A stretch of 64,000 nucleotides of DNA from assembly GCF_963921235.1 (NCBI RefSeq), contig NC_086107.1, positions 62,186,001 through 62,250,000 of the forward strand, written 5' to 3'. The stretch is from Mobula hypostoma (Eukaryota). The notes beneath the pieces are model-generated. The model searched no databases, was not told the origin of the DNA, and saw only the letters and a list, made by a program, of their open reading frames with translations. The translations under genes were made by a program, and so were the position numbers. Of this stretch, positions 24,181 to 37,829 are shown piece after piece (the stretch's first letter is position 1; each line of letters begins with the position of its first letter).

Positions 24181-25249
24181 ATTCCTCAGAGATGAAAGAG
24201 TTAACTTAATGGACATAAGGGTACGAATAAAAGTTATCCTCCCTCAGACTTAATATATGTGATAGGGAAGAATTGGAACTGGAGCTCTTAATTACATATC
24301 TTATCCACACCTCTTGAGGTAATGTCAGGAAATGCCATACATTTCTAAGGGATGAAGAGAAATTCCAAACCGATAAGTTTACTCAATCTGATTTGAAACA
24401 ATTTACATTTGTTGAACATAGATAATGTGGACCTGTTGGACCAAGTATTTTTTTCTCTCACTGCTGTGAAATTTGAAGTAGTTCAGTGTAATAATCACTG
24501 AGAGGAATCTACAAAGGAACCTCAGACCTTGTTGCCTCTGGCAGTTCTGTTCATTACTTAAATCAGGCAGCTAGAAGGTCTGTTTAAAATGATGACCATC
24601 CCACAGCATCCTTCAAAACTTCTCCAGATTTATAGTGAATGAACAGATATCCAATTTAAAACAGCACATCCCTTTCGAATGATGTAGCCACTGGTTCAAT
24701 CGAGAACATCAACCGGAAAATTGGAATGCTGAAAAAATGTACGTGCAAGCCAAATTAATTTATTAAATCCTTTCAGCTTCTCACACAGATGAAAACTGGA
24801 ACCAAGCCCTGCTTTCATAGCATTTTGGATGAAAGCATTTCATTCTGAAAAAAAAGCAATTTAATCAGAGTTAGATTGCACAAACAATCATTTCCAGGTG
24901 ATATTGTGCCTCTAGGGAAATTGGTTGGAGGAATTCAGCTTGGTGACAAACTCTACCATTGATCTGTGTGCTGACTTCAATGTCTTGTACTCAGCATTTG
25001 TCAGTCTCAGTTTTCAGTACTCAGGATACTTGAAACACTGCACTGGACATTTCCATTACTGTTTGTAGTAATTTTATGCAACATTTATATAACGTAGTGA
25101 ACATCATTAGTCCATGCTACAAGCTCTGTGTCATTAACTCTCCAGCACCTCGTATTGGCATTGAGTTGCAAGCAGTGTGAGGTTTAATTAAGGTAAGATG
25201 ATTGATAAGGGGACAGTCTGTGCATGCATCAAGTAACAACTACATGAGT

Positions 25250-25250
<1 letters not shown>

Positions 25251-25280
<30 letters not shown>
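25251..25280. repeat. (CA)15 microsatellite
   Basis: Direct observation. Confidence 0.97.
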
Positions 25281-25281
<1 letters not shown>

Positions 25282-25460
25282 CTCCTATGCTCAATTTTCC
25301 ATCATGTCTGTGACATTGCTTTCTGCTGTCGTCCTGTGGCTGTGCCATGGGGTTAGTTTGGGCAGCATTCCATTAAGGTGTGATGCCCTTCCCATTGATC
25401 AGTGCAACCATAATATTAAAGTTGGGATCTTCCCTTGCAGCTTCTGTTGGCCCCATGTTC

Positions 25461-28400
25461 ATAAGACCATAAGACATAGGCGCAGAATGAGAATTAGGCC
25501 ATTTGGCCCATCGAGCCTGCTCCGCCATTCAATCATGGCTGATCTGTTTTTCCTCTCCTCAACCCCAATTCCCTAGCCTTCTCCCTGTAACCTTTGATGC
25601 CGTGTCCAACCAAGAACCTGTCAATCTCTGTCTTAAATACATCCAACAACCTGGCGTCCACAGCTGCCAGTGGTAACAAATTCCGCAGATTTACCACTCT
25701 CTGGCTAAAGAAATTTCTCGGCATCTCTGTTTTAAATTGACACCTCTCTATCCTGAGGCTGTGCCCTCTTGTCCTTGAATCTCCCACCATGGGAAACATG
25801 CTTTCCACATCTACTCTGTCTAGGCCTTTCAACATTCGAAGGGTTTCAATGAGATCCCCCCCTTATCCTTCTAACTTCCAGTGAGTACAGACTCAGAGCC
25901 ATCAGATGTTCCTCCTATGAGAACACTTTCATTCCCGAAATCATCTTTGTGAACCTCCTCTGGACCCTTTCCAATGCCAGCATATCTTAGTTGAGGAGCC
26001 CAACACTGTTCACAATACTCAAAGTGTAGCCTCACCAGTGCCTTATAAAGCCTCAGCATCACATCCCTGCTCTTGTATTCAAGACCTCTTGAAATGAATG
26101 CTAACATTTCATTTGCCTTCCTCACCACCGACTCTACCTGCAAGTTAACCTTCAGGGTGCTCTGCACAAGGACTCCCAAGTCCCTTTGCATCTCAGATTT
26201 TTGGATTTTCTTGCCATTTAGAAAATAGCCTGCATGTTTATTTCTACTACCAAAGTGCATGATCATGCTTTTTCCAACACTTGCCACTTCCTTGCCCATT
26301 CTCCTAATCTGTCTAAGTCCTTCTGTATCCTACCTGTTTCCTCAACACTAGCTGCCCCTCTACCAATCATCATATCATCTGTAAATTTGGCAACAAAGCC
26401 ATCTATTTCATCATCTAAATCATTGACATACAGCACAAAAAGAAACAGACCCAACACCGATCGCTGTGGAACACCACTAATCACTGGCTGCCAACTAGAC
26501 AAGAATCCTTTTATTCCCACTCACTGCCTCCTACCAACCAGCCAATATTCTAGCTATGTTAGTAACTTTCCTGTAATACCATGGGCTCTTAACTTGGTAA
26601 ACAGCCTCATGTGTGGCACCTTGTCAAAGGCCTTCTGAAAGTCCAAATATACAACATCCACTGCATCTCCTATATCTTTCCTACTTGTAATCTCCTCAAA
26701 GAATTCCAACACGTTCGTCACATACAAGATTTTCCCTTAAGGAAAACATGCTGACTTTGTCCAAGCTTGTCTTGTGTCACAAAGTACTCCGTAACCTTAT
26801 TCTTACCAATTGACTCCAATATCTTCCCAACCACTGAGGACAGGCTAACTGGTCTATAATTTCCTTTCATAAACAGTGGAGTGACACTTGCAATTTTCCA
26901 GTCCTCTGGCACCATGCCAGAGTCCAATAATTTTTGAAAGATCATTACTAATGCTTCCACAATTTCTACTACTTCTTCTTTCAGAACCCTAGCATGCAAT
27001 TCTTCTGGTCTGGGTGACTTATGTACCCTTAGGTCTTTCAGCATTTTGAGCATCTTCTCCCTTGTAATAGTAACTGCACTCATTTCTCTTCCTACACACA
27101 CTACAACATCTGGCACATTGCTAATATCTTCCACAGTGAAGAATGATGCAAAATACTCATTTGCCATCTCCTTGTCCCCCATTATTATTTCTCCGGCCTC
27201 ATTTTCTAGCAGTCCTATATCCACTCTCATCTCTCTTTTATTTTTTATATACTTGAAAAAGCTTTTACTATTCACTTTGATATTAGTTGCTAGCTTGCTT
27301 TCGTATTTCATCTTTTGCCTTCTAAAGATTCTTTTAGTTTCTCTCTGTAGGTTTTTAAAAGCTTCCCAATCCTCTATCTTCCCTTTAATTTTTGCTTTGT
27401 TGTATGCCCTCTCTTTTGTTTCTACATTAGCTTTGACTTCCTTTGTAGGCCATGGTTGCACTATTTTGCCATTTGAGTATTTCTTTGTTTATGGAATACA
27501 CCTGTCCTGCATCTTCCTTATTTTTTCCCAGAAACTCACGCCATTGCTGCTCTGCTATCATCCCTGCCAGCAACTCCTTCCAATTTACTTTGGCCAACTC
27601 CTCTCTCATACCACTGAAATACTGCTACATCAGACTTTACTTTCTCCCTATAAAATTTCAAGTTGAACGTAATCATATTGTGATCAGTGGCTCCTAAGGA
27701 CTCTTTTCCCTTAGACTCCCTAATCGCCTCTGGTCATTACGTAACACTCAATCCAGTATTGTTGATCCCCTAGTAGGCTCAATGCCAAACTGCTCTAATA
27801 AGCCATCTCGTAGGCAAACAAATTCTCTCTCTTGAGATCCATTACCAAACTGATTTTCCCAATCGACGTGCATGTTAAAATCTCCCATGACTATCATAAC
27901 ATTGCCCTTTTGACACGGTTTTTCTATTTCCTGTTGTAATCTGTAGTCCACATCTCAGCTACTGTTGGGAGGCCTGTATGTAACTACCAAAAGGGTCCTT
28001 TTACCCTAGTGGTTTCTTAACTTCAAACCACAAGGATTCAACATCTTCCGATCCTATGTCACACCTTTCTATTGATTTGATGCCATTCTTTACCAGCAGA
28101 GCCACGCCACCTCCTCTGCCTACCTTCCTATCCTTCCAATACAAAGCATAACCTTGGAAAATTAAGCTCCCAACTACAACCATCTTTCAGCCGTAATTCA
28201 GTGATGGCCACATCATACCTAACAATCTGCAATAGTGCAACAAGGTCATCCACCTTATTTATTATACTCCATGCATTGAGATATACCACCTGAGTACTGC
28301 ATTTCCTACCCTTTTTGATTTTGCATCCCTAATGCACTAATACTCACTCAGCTGGCTGCAATTTTGTCCTATCATCTGCCTGCCTTTCCTGACATTCTGA

Positions 28401-29960
28401 CTGCATACTATTTTTGCTTTTTTACCATTTGTCCTATCCTGAGGCCCTTCACTCTGGATCCCAACCCCATGCCAAATTAGTTTAATCCCTCCCCAACAGC
28501 TCTAACAAACCTGCCTGCGAGAAAATTGGTTCCACTCAAGTTCAGGTGCAACCCGTCACTTTTGTACAGGTCATACCTCCACCAGAAGGGATCCCAATGA
28601 TCCAAGAACCTGAAACCCTTCCCCCTGCACCAGCTTCTCAGCAATGCATTTATCTACCAAATCATGCTGTTTTTACCCTCACTAGCATGTGTTGGCGCAT
28701 GGCCAAGTGGTTGAGGCATTGGTCTAGTGATCTAAAGGTCGCTAGTTCAAGCGTCAGCTGAGGCAGCGTATTGTGTCCTTGAGCAAGGCACTTAACCACA
28801 CATTGCTCTGCATCGACACCGGTGCCAAGCTGTATCGGCCCTAGTGCCCTTCCCTTGGACAACATCGGTGGCATGGAGAGGGGAGGCTTGCAGCATGGGC
28901 AACTGCCGGTCTTCCAGACAACATAGGCGGCAATCCAGAAATTACTACCCAGGAGGTCCTGCTTCACAGCTTTCTACCTAGCTCTCTAAATTATCTCTTC
29001 AGGACCTCATTGCTTCTCCTTCCTATGTCATTGGTACCAATATGTACCAAGACCAAGCTCTCCCACCCTCTCCAAAACGTAGTGGACATGATTCAAGACA
29101 TCCCTGACCCTGGCACCTGGGAGGCAACATACCATCCGAGTGTCCTGTTCACGTCCACAGAATCTCCTGTCTGTTCCTCTGACTATCGAGTCCCCTATCA
29201 CTACCGCTCCCCTCTTCTCCCTTTTTACCTTGTGCACTACGAATCCGTGCTCAGTGCCATTAACCTGGTCTCCGTGACATTTCCCTGGGAGGTCATCCCC
29301 CTCAAAAGTATTGAAAATGGTATACTTATTATTGAGAGGAATGGCCACTGAGGTGCTATTCATATTAACTGCCTATTCACATTTCCATTTCTCCTGATAA
29401 TTACCCAACTACTCACCTGCTGCAACTTAGGGGTGACTACTCCCTGTAACTCTGAACGATTACATCCTCACTCTCCTGTACAAGCCGAAGGTCATCCAGC
29501 TGCTGCTCCGGATCCCTGACACAATCTTCAAGGAGCTGCAGCCAGATGCACTTCACGCAGATGTAGTTCCCTGGGAGACTCTTAGTCTCCCAGGTCTCCA
29601 ACATCCAGCATGAAGAACACACAATGGCCATTTACTACACTATGTACAGCAAGAGAGAGAGAAAAAGGGAATTTTAACAAAAACTTCTCCAGAGCCAACG
29701 ACTCTTCTGAGCTGAAGCCTCCTTTGAGCCAATGCCTGACATTCCCACTCGCACCACTAGCCTCCTCCCAACAATGGCCACGCTGACAATGGTCACCCCA
29801 CTTGTTCCACTCTGCTCCAGCCACTGATTGGGGCTCTGGAATGTCCAAACGTCCGCGAAGCTCTCCTTTTAAGCAAGTGTCATCAACCTGCGAAAATCCT
29901 CGACAACTGTGTTCTGCTCCCGCCACTGATTGTGCCTTCGGACTGAGATGTCCATCTCAG
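25461..29960 (-). mobile_element. Near full-length CR1 LINE (ORF1 zinc finger + SGNH esterase-like; ORF2 APE endonuclease + RT), frameshifted
   Basis: ORF1: CSSCWM...CVKC and VIGDSIVRGTDRRFCG. ORF2: VMGDFN, NYRPVSLSSVVGKILE, SGVPQRSVLG...KFTDD, SRTRGHSL...NFFSQRVV. (ATAAGACC) tail at 25461; repeated 5' UTR motif at about 29803 and 29911. Confidence 0.95.
28691..28925 (+). mobile_element. tRNA-derived CORE-type SINE inserted into CR1 ORF1
   Basis: TGGCCAAGTGG A box, AGTTCAAG B-box-like, CORE-like TTGTGTCCTTGAGCAAGGCACTTAACC; the CR1 sequence is colinear across it. Confidence 0.78.
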
Positions 29961-30664
29961 TCAGTGCATGATTCTAGTATTAGCCTGTATGACCCTGTTT
30001 CTTTTTCTGGCCAATCTCCAATCTTTTTTCAGATGACCCATTTGGACACTAGCACATGGTTAGTGCACCTAAACATACTAAAATTAAGATCAAGACATTC
30101 TTTCCACTGAAGTCTCTGAAATGCTCTGGAATTGATATCACAATGATCTTGCCTCAAAATTGGCATTGAACTGAGCGACTGGTGAAGGGATTTGCTTGCA
30201 AGTGTTGGTAGGTAAATTTAAAGGGATATGATCAAATTAAGGGCCACAAATAGGAGCCAAGTCCTTACAGTTGTTGACACAATACTCTATACAGCAGCTT
30301 CTCACCCTGCTTAAGAAAGGATACAAGACAAGCACAGCAAATGTCTCAGTACTGGAGAAACTCTTATAAATAATGCTGATAGTTAGAATTGGCAGCAATT
30401 TGGATGTGTGTTTTTTTTTAGAACAATCTGTTGTGAATGACTCAAAATGAGCCACACAGAAGCTGTAACTTGGAAATAGAAGGGTCTTTGCTCACACAAC
30501 AAACCTCCGAGAGAGAGAGAGCCCAGGAGAATCCAAGAAAATCTCACTCTCCTGACATGATGTTTTAAACTTCTTCAAATCAAAAATAACAATGAACAAT
30601 TATCCAAGGTTTAAATTTCCATAATCCCCTACTTAACTTTAACATTTTCAATATAGTCAGGAAT

Positions 30665-30985
30665 CGACAAGTTGACGGTGCCTGGAGGTTTATGGCAGGG
30701 AATTTCTCCCTTTTGCCGCCGCTATCGGGGACTTGGGAGTCAATCGACTCGGGACTTTGAGACTTTTTTTTTACTGTGCCCATGGTCTGTTCTTCATCAA
30801 ATTATGGTATTGCTTTGCACTGCTGTAACTATATGTTATAATTATATGGTTCTGTCAATATTAATCTTTGGTCTGTCCTGTTTTCTGTGATATCACTCTG
30901 GAGAAACACTGTATCATTTCTTAATGCGTGTATGCATTTCTAAATGACAATAAAAGAGGACTGAGTGTTCTTATAATCTAAAAAA
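30665..30985 (+). mobile_element. LINE-related 3' UTR/tail
   Basis: gcactgctgtaactatatgttataattat...aatgacaataaaagaggactgagtg; CpG-richer 5' part. Confidence 0.55.
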
Positions 30986-31309
30986 AATTACAGTATTACA
31001 TATTTACAATCACATCCAGTCAGCAGGGTCCTCTTGAATATTCAGCACAGGTGTCATTTCCAAAAGTGAAACACCCAAAATATTCTCCTTTTGTTACAGT
31101 GTTGAAGGATGGCACCATATTTATACAGCTAACCAGAAAGTTAAGTGGCCAACAGATCTGTTCTGAACTGTGCCTTAAGCAGCAGGGATACACCTTATGT
31201 TAGGAATATTGATCTATTGTATTGCTTTCACTAGCCACATGGTATCAGTGGGAGTTAAATTCTGTACAGGATTTTTTTCCTGAAGGCTCATTCTCATTTT
31301 AGTTAATCC

Positions 31310-31600
31310 ATAAACCTCTTCTCCTTCCCTTTCTCCAAATTGCCCACTCTCCTCTCCTATCAGATTCTTTCATATCCAGCCCTTGACCCTTCCCACCTAC
31401 CACCTCCCAACTAGCCTCTTTACTCTTCCCCCATCTTTTTACTGGGGCATTTTACCCCTTCCTTCTCCATCCTGATGAATGTCTGAAACGTCCACTGTTT
31501 ACTCTTTTCTATAGATGCTGCCTGACCTGCTGAGTTCCTTCTGCATTTTCTGTGTGATGCTTTGGGTTTTCGGCATCTGCAGACTTCCCTGTATTTGTGA
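31310..31600 (+). mobile_element. PLE 3' terminus; hammerhead with stem II deleted (31471-31496)
   Basis: CT-rich UTR, then cctgatgaatgtctgaaacgtccact...gatgctgcctgacctgctgagttcc...gcatctgcaga. Confidence 0.8.
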
Positions 31601-33604
31601 ACCCATAATTATGCTATCTGTAATGTCATAATGGCAGAATGATTCCCAACACACTCCAGTAGTGTTAAGTAAAGTGCGAGATATCAGCCATCAGAGGCTG
31701 TGCAATAACAAAGGCAGCAGTAGCAAGGATGGAGATGACAAAGTGACAGGGGGCAGAGTGATAGTAATTTTTAAGAATGAAGTGTGTTCAGAAGACAATT
31801 GGATAAGCATTTGAAAAGGACTAGTGTCCAAAGCAATAGGAGGGGTGGGAAAGTGAGAAGAGCAGGTTTAACAGTTCTACTCTTACACAGAGCCAACATG
31901 GACTAGATGGGCCAAACGGCCTCTTCCCATGCTGTACTAACTAGTGAACACCATCTCCCTCATGTGTATCCGGGCTCAAGATTCTGCCCTAGTGCTTCTT
32001 CTTCATAAGTAGGTGGTTTTGATTACTCCATTTTAAAGCTTATTGTTCCATTACAGTGGCTTTATGGTACAAAATGCCTCTGTCAAAACTCCTTCTGCAT
32101 TGTTTCCCTGATCACCCGTTGAAAGCAAAAAGAAACAGGGTGAAACTTATCACAAATAGCTCAAAATTGTATTCATTAAAGTACTTTCACTAACTGTATA
32201 CTTCATCACCTCTGCTCATCCATTTTAGTTGACAATATGCTTGGGAAATTGTGTGCCTAACTGTTATGGCTTTTAATATAGTTAGATGCACATTCATGGC
32301 ACAAAGCCTAACTAGAATACGTACTAGATGGAACATTGAATTATAGGTGATGTTGCAAAAATAGATCTCTACTCATACTGACTGTGACTATATTACAATA
32401 ATTAATCAGGCAAGATCCATTGAAAATTAACCTTCATAGTTCCCAGAAAGATAAGTCTTTACTGGACCACTCTAAGCTTTAAATGTGTGCTTCTGGAAGT
32501 TGTTGTACCAATGAGCTCTCTTGGACTAGTTAATTTATAAAAGGTGAAGGAAATGAAGTCTGAATGTTTTTCTTCCAATTTGGTGTTTAAGTAACCTTTA
32601 GGTTCTTTCTCTGACTAAACAAAATATTTTAGTGTTTATTTTGTTATATCCGCTGCTGTCAATTTATATTTCGCAGTTGATTTTTAAAAACCAAGTCACA
32701 AATTGTTAAAATAATGAATACAAAAGCCTCCCTGGAAAGAACATAAAAAGCAGGAATGTTGTTTCTCTGGATAATCGGGATTGGAGTATTTTTAACCACT
32801 GCAGTCAGCTTTATGGGATGCGTCACTTTTCTTTAATGTTTTCCTTCACTGATCTTACTGTCGTTATGGCAACGCTGGAGTCAAGTAAATGAGAGGTCAG
32901 AGGTTTGAGTGTTTTTGTCTGCCTGGCGGGCCACTTGGGAGCCGGGCTTTACAGTATCATGTCAGGCCGGGTTCTTTTCAAAGAGTCACTATGGTATATG
33001 TCATCTCTTTGTTTGCTTCCCCCTCTCTCACTTCCCTCACCACTCCCCCCTTCCAACCTCACTTAACAGGGTAACAGTTGAAGTGGTAAATGTGGACACT
33101 TATTTAGACATCTCAGCTGGTTTGTGATTTGGGCTAAGTTAATTAACTCTCACAGGTCCCATTTCATGGTCACACCATTCTGAAAGTAGTGGTGGGTGAC
33201 CAACTTGTTGGAAAAGAGAGGTGAAGTGAAATCATTTTGATGCCAAAAGCTGATAATTAACTGAAGGTTTTTTGATAAGCTTATCATAACAATGACATCA
33301 ATTCTTTTAAGTTTTGTACAGCTCCGTCAGGGCTGGTGGGATTTCCAGATTTAATCAGAGGAAATGATGGGTGATTCACCATTTGATAAGTTTGCTTTCC
33401 AAGTGTTTCATACCACATGTTGGAGTGGGTGCTCTGCAAGCCCTCTTTCTCCTTCCAACGTTGAGCAAGATGGTGACCAGTCTGTAGATTCCCCTACAGG
33501 TAGTCACTTAAGGTGATCCTTGGAGAAAGTTGTGCAGGTCAACCCTGTCATTGTCAGACATGGCTCGCTTCATATATAGTTTGCAGTTGTGCTAATTTAA
33601 ATAT

Positions 33605-33920
33605 GAAACAAAGAAGAACTTACATTTATAGAATACTTTTTGTGGCCTCAGGTTAGCTCAAGATATTTTGTAGCTAGTGAACCAATTTCTATATGTGGAG
33701 GATGTGTCCTCAAAAAGCAACATGTTACTGATGAGATGACCCATTTGTAATAATTCTGGTGAAGGAATAGAAATTGGCCAGGTTACTAGGGAGAACTTAC
33801 ATGCTTTTCCTTGAAACATGGTCGTTATCCTTCTTCAATAAACCTGAGATGTGCCTCTATTTAATGTTCCTCGATATGGCATTAAAATATTTGCCTAGAA
33901 TCATAGGCACTAGGACTGGT
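33605..33920 (-). mobile_element. Ancient Deu-domain SINE (SacSINE1/AmnSINE-like)
   Basis: aacttacatttatag L2-type tail, ...aaattggccaggttactagggagaac...; reverse counterpart of 63330-63715. Confidence 0.6.
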
Positions 33921-34458
33921 GCTAGGTCACAGCAAAGATATATTTAATATTTGCACTTACTCTCAGACTATAGTTGGTTAAGGAGAAAGCTATGCTCCTT
34001 GATGATTAGAAAAGCACTCCATTCCTCTGACCCACAGCCCACTCAAAGAGAACAATCAAAAACTGAATGGCTTTCTTTGGAAGATTTCCGGCAAGTGGCA
34101 AAGGATTAAGTTTACAATTTACTTTGATCACAGAAGAGGGCACAGTGATGGCGGGCAGGTGGTTTGTGAAGTCATAAGATTTCTAGGGATGAGGTTGCCT
34201 TTGAAGTCAGGCTTCTTTTTATATTCAGCAGTCCGACAGACTGCATAGTTCCACAGGTGGTTGTGTTCTACAATTAGTAATTAAGGGACGATTGTGACTA
34301 AGCATTATTTTGCATTTTCCAAATACAAGATGAAACCTGAAGCTTGCCCCCATCTTAAACTAGTGGACCTGCTATATTCTGTAAAATTGATAGAAAGCAA
34401 AATTCAAGAAATAACAAAAGCATGAAGAGCAATGGGAAAAGTAGTTGCTGAAAGTTCA

Positions 34459-34549
34459 CACACAAAATGCTGGAGGAACTCAGCAGGCCAGGCAGCATCT
34501 AGGGAAAAGAGTTAACAGTCAAAGTTTCAGACTGAATTCCTCCTGGTGC
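34459..34549 (-). mobile_element. Short PLE terminus with TSD
   Basis: cacacaaaatgctggaggaactcagcaggcc; TSD TTGCT(G/A)AAAGTTCA at 34445-34458 and 34550-34563. Confidence 0.8.
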
Positions 34550-34974
34550 TTGCTAAAAGTTCATGGGGTTTGATAGGTCCAGCCAAGAAAAGCATTTCAG
34601 CTTTTAGCATATGTTTACTGTTTACACTTTACCCCAAAATCCAAAATGAAAACCTCCTTTATAGTCTATAAGCCTTTATGTCTGTGCAAGTATCATTTAT
34701 GACCACTTGTCTGTCATCGTGACTTTTGGCTACTCATGTATGCAAATCTTGATAGAAGTTAACAAAATGATCTAGAATGGAAAGCTTAAACATAAATAGT
34801 GACTCTATTACAGGCTTTTGACCGGCAGTGATCACTTGTCAAATGAGCTCCCAATGATTCTAACTTGCTCGTGAGTGGTGGTAATACAGTAGCCTGATCA
34901 GATCTTGCCTAAGCTGCTGAGTTCCTCCAGCATTTTGTGCATTTTTTTATCACTATTGTTATATTGTTCAACTC

Positions 34975-35520
34975 TATACTCTCCTTTGCTGCCGAAAAGC
35001 CAACTGTGCCATTCGTTACCTCTAGACCTGACTATTTAAATCTGGTCTCGGCCTGTCTCCATTGTTTAAACTTCTACAAGATTGTGGCCATGCAAAGTTC
35101 TGTTGTCCATGTCTTGGCTTGCATCAAGTCCAAATCAATTATCACCACTGTGCTCACAGACCTATGCTGGTTCCTATTCATCCAACAGTCTTCTAATTCT
35201 CACGCTTTTTTCAAAAGTCTCCATGATTTTGGTATAGCTTCAGGCTCTACAACCTTCCAAGTCTGGTCTTTTAATAATTTCTAAATTTAATTGTTCTTCT
35301 CCTTCACCCACCAAGTCCCCAATCTCTGGAATCCCCTCTCAAAAATGAACTGCCATTCATCATTTCTTTCCCCTATAGCACCCCTTTACAGTATATTTTC
35401 TGACCAAACTTTTGACCATAATCAACTTTGTCTTCAACTTCCTTGTGGCAGAGTGTAAAATTTTAATAAAATACCTCATGTCATGCCTTGGGTCAACTTT
35501 GTATGGTGAAGACTCTGTAT
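34975..35520 (+). mobile_element. Old L2-clade LINE 3' fragment
   Basis: FVTSRPDYLN...MQSSVVHVL...IITTVLTDLCWF resembles the L2 pattern FVTSRLDYCN...QNSAARxL...ITPVLxxLHWL. Confidence 0.75.
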
Positions 35521-35747
35521 AATTCTTCATTGTTGTTGATATTTCACCACTTGAGTTGTTTTGTGACCCAGGCTTTGATGAATTCATCCAGTGGGAGCAA
35601 TGGAATAAAAGTACTGGCCATACTTTCTTCTTTACCCCATTAACCCACGACAGTGAACTTCTTCCCTGCCTCTTTAAACCTAACAAGTTACCTTTTTATT
35701 TCTTTGGGTGAACAATCCTGAGATATGAAATGCATCATCATTGTTAT

Positions 35748-36100
35748 AAACATGAGAAAGTCTGCAGATGCTGGAAATCCAGAGCAACACTCACAAAATG
35801 CTGCAGGAACTCAGCAGGTCAGGCAGCATCTATGGAAATAAATAAACAGTCGATGTTTCAGGCTGAGAGCCTTCAGGACCGAGAAGGAAGCAGGGAAAGA
35901 TGCCAGACTAAAAATGGGAGGGGAGGGGCACCTGACAGCTAGTGTCATTAGCATCCCCCCCCCCTTTATATTCTGGCATCATACTTCTTCCTTCTCAGTC
36001 CTGAAGAAGGGTCTCAGCCTGAAATGTTGACTGTTTATTCATTTCCATAGATGCTGCCTTACCTGCTGACTTCCTCTAGCATTTTGTCTGTGTTGCTGTG
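35748..36100. mobile_element. PLE fold-back terminus (older subfamily)
   Basis: Inverted arms about 35785-35925 and 35955-36097; TSD catcat(t/a)gttat at 35736-35747 and 36101-36112. Confidence 0.85.
35997..36032 (+). ncRNA. Minimal hammerhead motif, sense to KCNQ1
   Basis: AGUC CUGAAGA A GGGU(CUCA)GCCU GAAA UGUU GACU; core intact, GUU triplet. Confidence 0.65.
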
Positions 36101-37829
36101 CATCATAGTTATTAGTATGTACCACACTGAGGACAGTGGAAAAGACAGCATGGTTCATCTTCCATGCTAGAATACTTTGCTGGGAAGATTTTGTTCCCTT
36201 AAATGATGGATCCCCGAGTATTTTAAGTGTGCATGGCTGGGATTAGTAATTCACTGTTGGGTGTTTCTGTAGGTTTGCCTGCAGCCTGCCCTTTGTTGTT
36301 GCATGCAAATCAAGTGGTGGCAAGTGCAGCAATATAACCTCACATCATTAAGAATTATGTACAGGGGAAGCTGATATGCAATATGTTCTTGATTTTGGTT
36401 TTATTCTCAATAGAAATTGAAGGCTCCAGATTTGTTAATGGAGCAGTTTCATGTTCACTAATTATGTTTTCATGTTAGCTTTTATTGACAATATATTATT
36501 AGTTTTCTGTCTTGTGGTCAGTGGGTCTTGCCTCATGGGGTGACATAATACGGATCAAGTTATAGTCTCTTTAAATGATGCCTTAAATTGGAAAGCTGGG
36601 GCAGGCCTGCAAACCACAGGCAATCAGGCAAATTAAATGAATGTCTGAAAAAAAAACAAAAATACCTTGAAACCTTGTTAAAATTCAAAAGCAAGGTGGC
36701 AGTCGAGTGAATGATAATGAATTTGATCAAAGGCAAGATATTGGCATTGGTCCAGCTGTGTCTTTTTATCTTGCTCTCCATCAGAGCGTTGTTCACTCTC
36801 TGTGATTTTATCTCTCGTGCCTTGTATGTCCTATTTCTATCCATCTAATGATCTCTTTTACTTTTCACTTGGTATAGTGATCTGCAGACTTACCAGTTCA
36901 GCCTTCTGTGTTAGGCTCCATATATCTTGCAATGTTTTTATGTGTCAGTTTTTCCTTTGATTATCTTTCTTTCTTCTTTTCTCATTGAGTGATTCCCCTT
37001 CACTATTTATCTGTATTCCTTCTCTGGCTGGTTGCTGTTCTGTGCCTGATTTTACATCTGTATCTCTTATAATTGGCTCCTTCCTTTGCTTACCCTATTT
37101 GCCTCCACGCTCAGTAATTTTCATTCCTTCTTTGCCTCTATCTGTGTCAACAATTTTTTCAATGACTTCCTCTTTTAATCTCATTTGAAAAAATGCTCTC
37201 TACTTTTTATTAAGCAATGCTTAATCAGTGACTGAAAGCTAGAAATTGGGGGGAAAGAAAATATAAATTAGTCCAAGTTTTATGGAAGACATAACATTGT
37301 TGTTTTTGGTGTAAAAGCATTTTAAGTTGCTCAGGGCTTGGCTTTGAATGTTTACGACCAAAGTTTGGATATTTCTGTAATTAATCCAACTTGTCTCAGC
37401 AGCAGTGAGAACTCAGTGGGACTATCATATTTCTGATGCTCGCAATTGCTCGCGAACTGCAAAATAAACCCCAGTACATTTGCTGTTTCAGTCTGTAATT
37501 GCTATTCTACAAAAAATAGTCATTTTACTTGGAAAAATACATTTTTTTCTGGAAAATTTATGGCCCCTTGACTTGTATCTGTAGAAATTGTATTGGAAAA
37601 AAAAGCTGTAAATCTAGAAAGTAAAATAATCCCAGATTTGCCAAAAATCATTTTTCCTAAAATGTTTCCACATCCTGTATGTTTTAAAACTGCATAAAAT
37701 TATCACTAGTTAAGGCAGGGGATATTCTAATTATATGAATTTTGACTGTGGAATCCTTTTTTCCAGCACCTTCAATAAAATATAATGATATATATCATCT
37801 ACTTATAAATATTAGATTAGATTAGGTTA

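Noticed and set aside
27046-27666. Hydrophobic 206-aa ORF (and 60133-60702) as membrane proteins
   Set aside because: Antisense shadows of Lys/Glu-rich CR1 ORF2.
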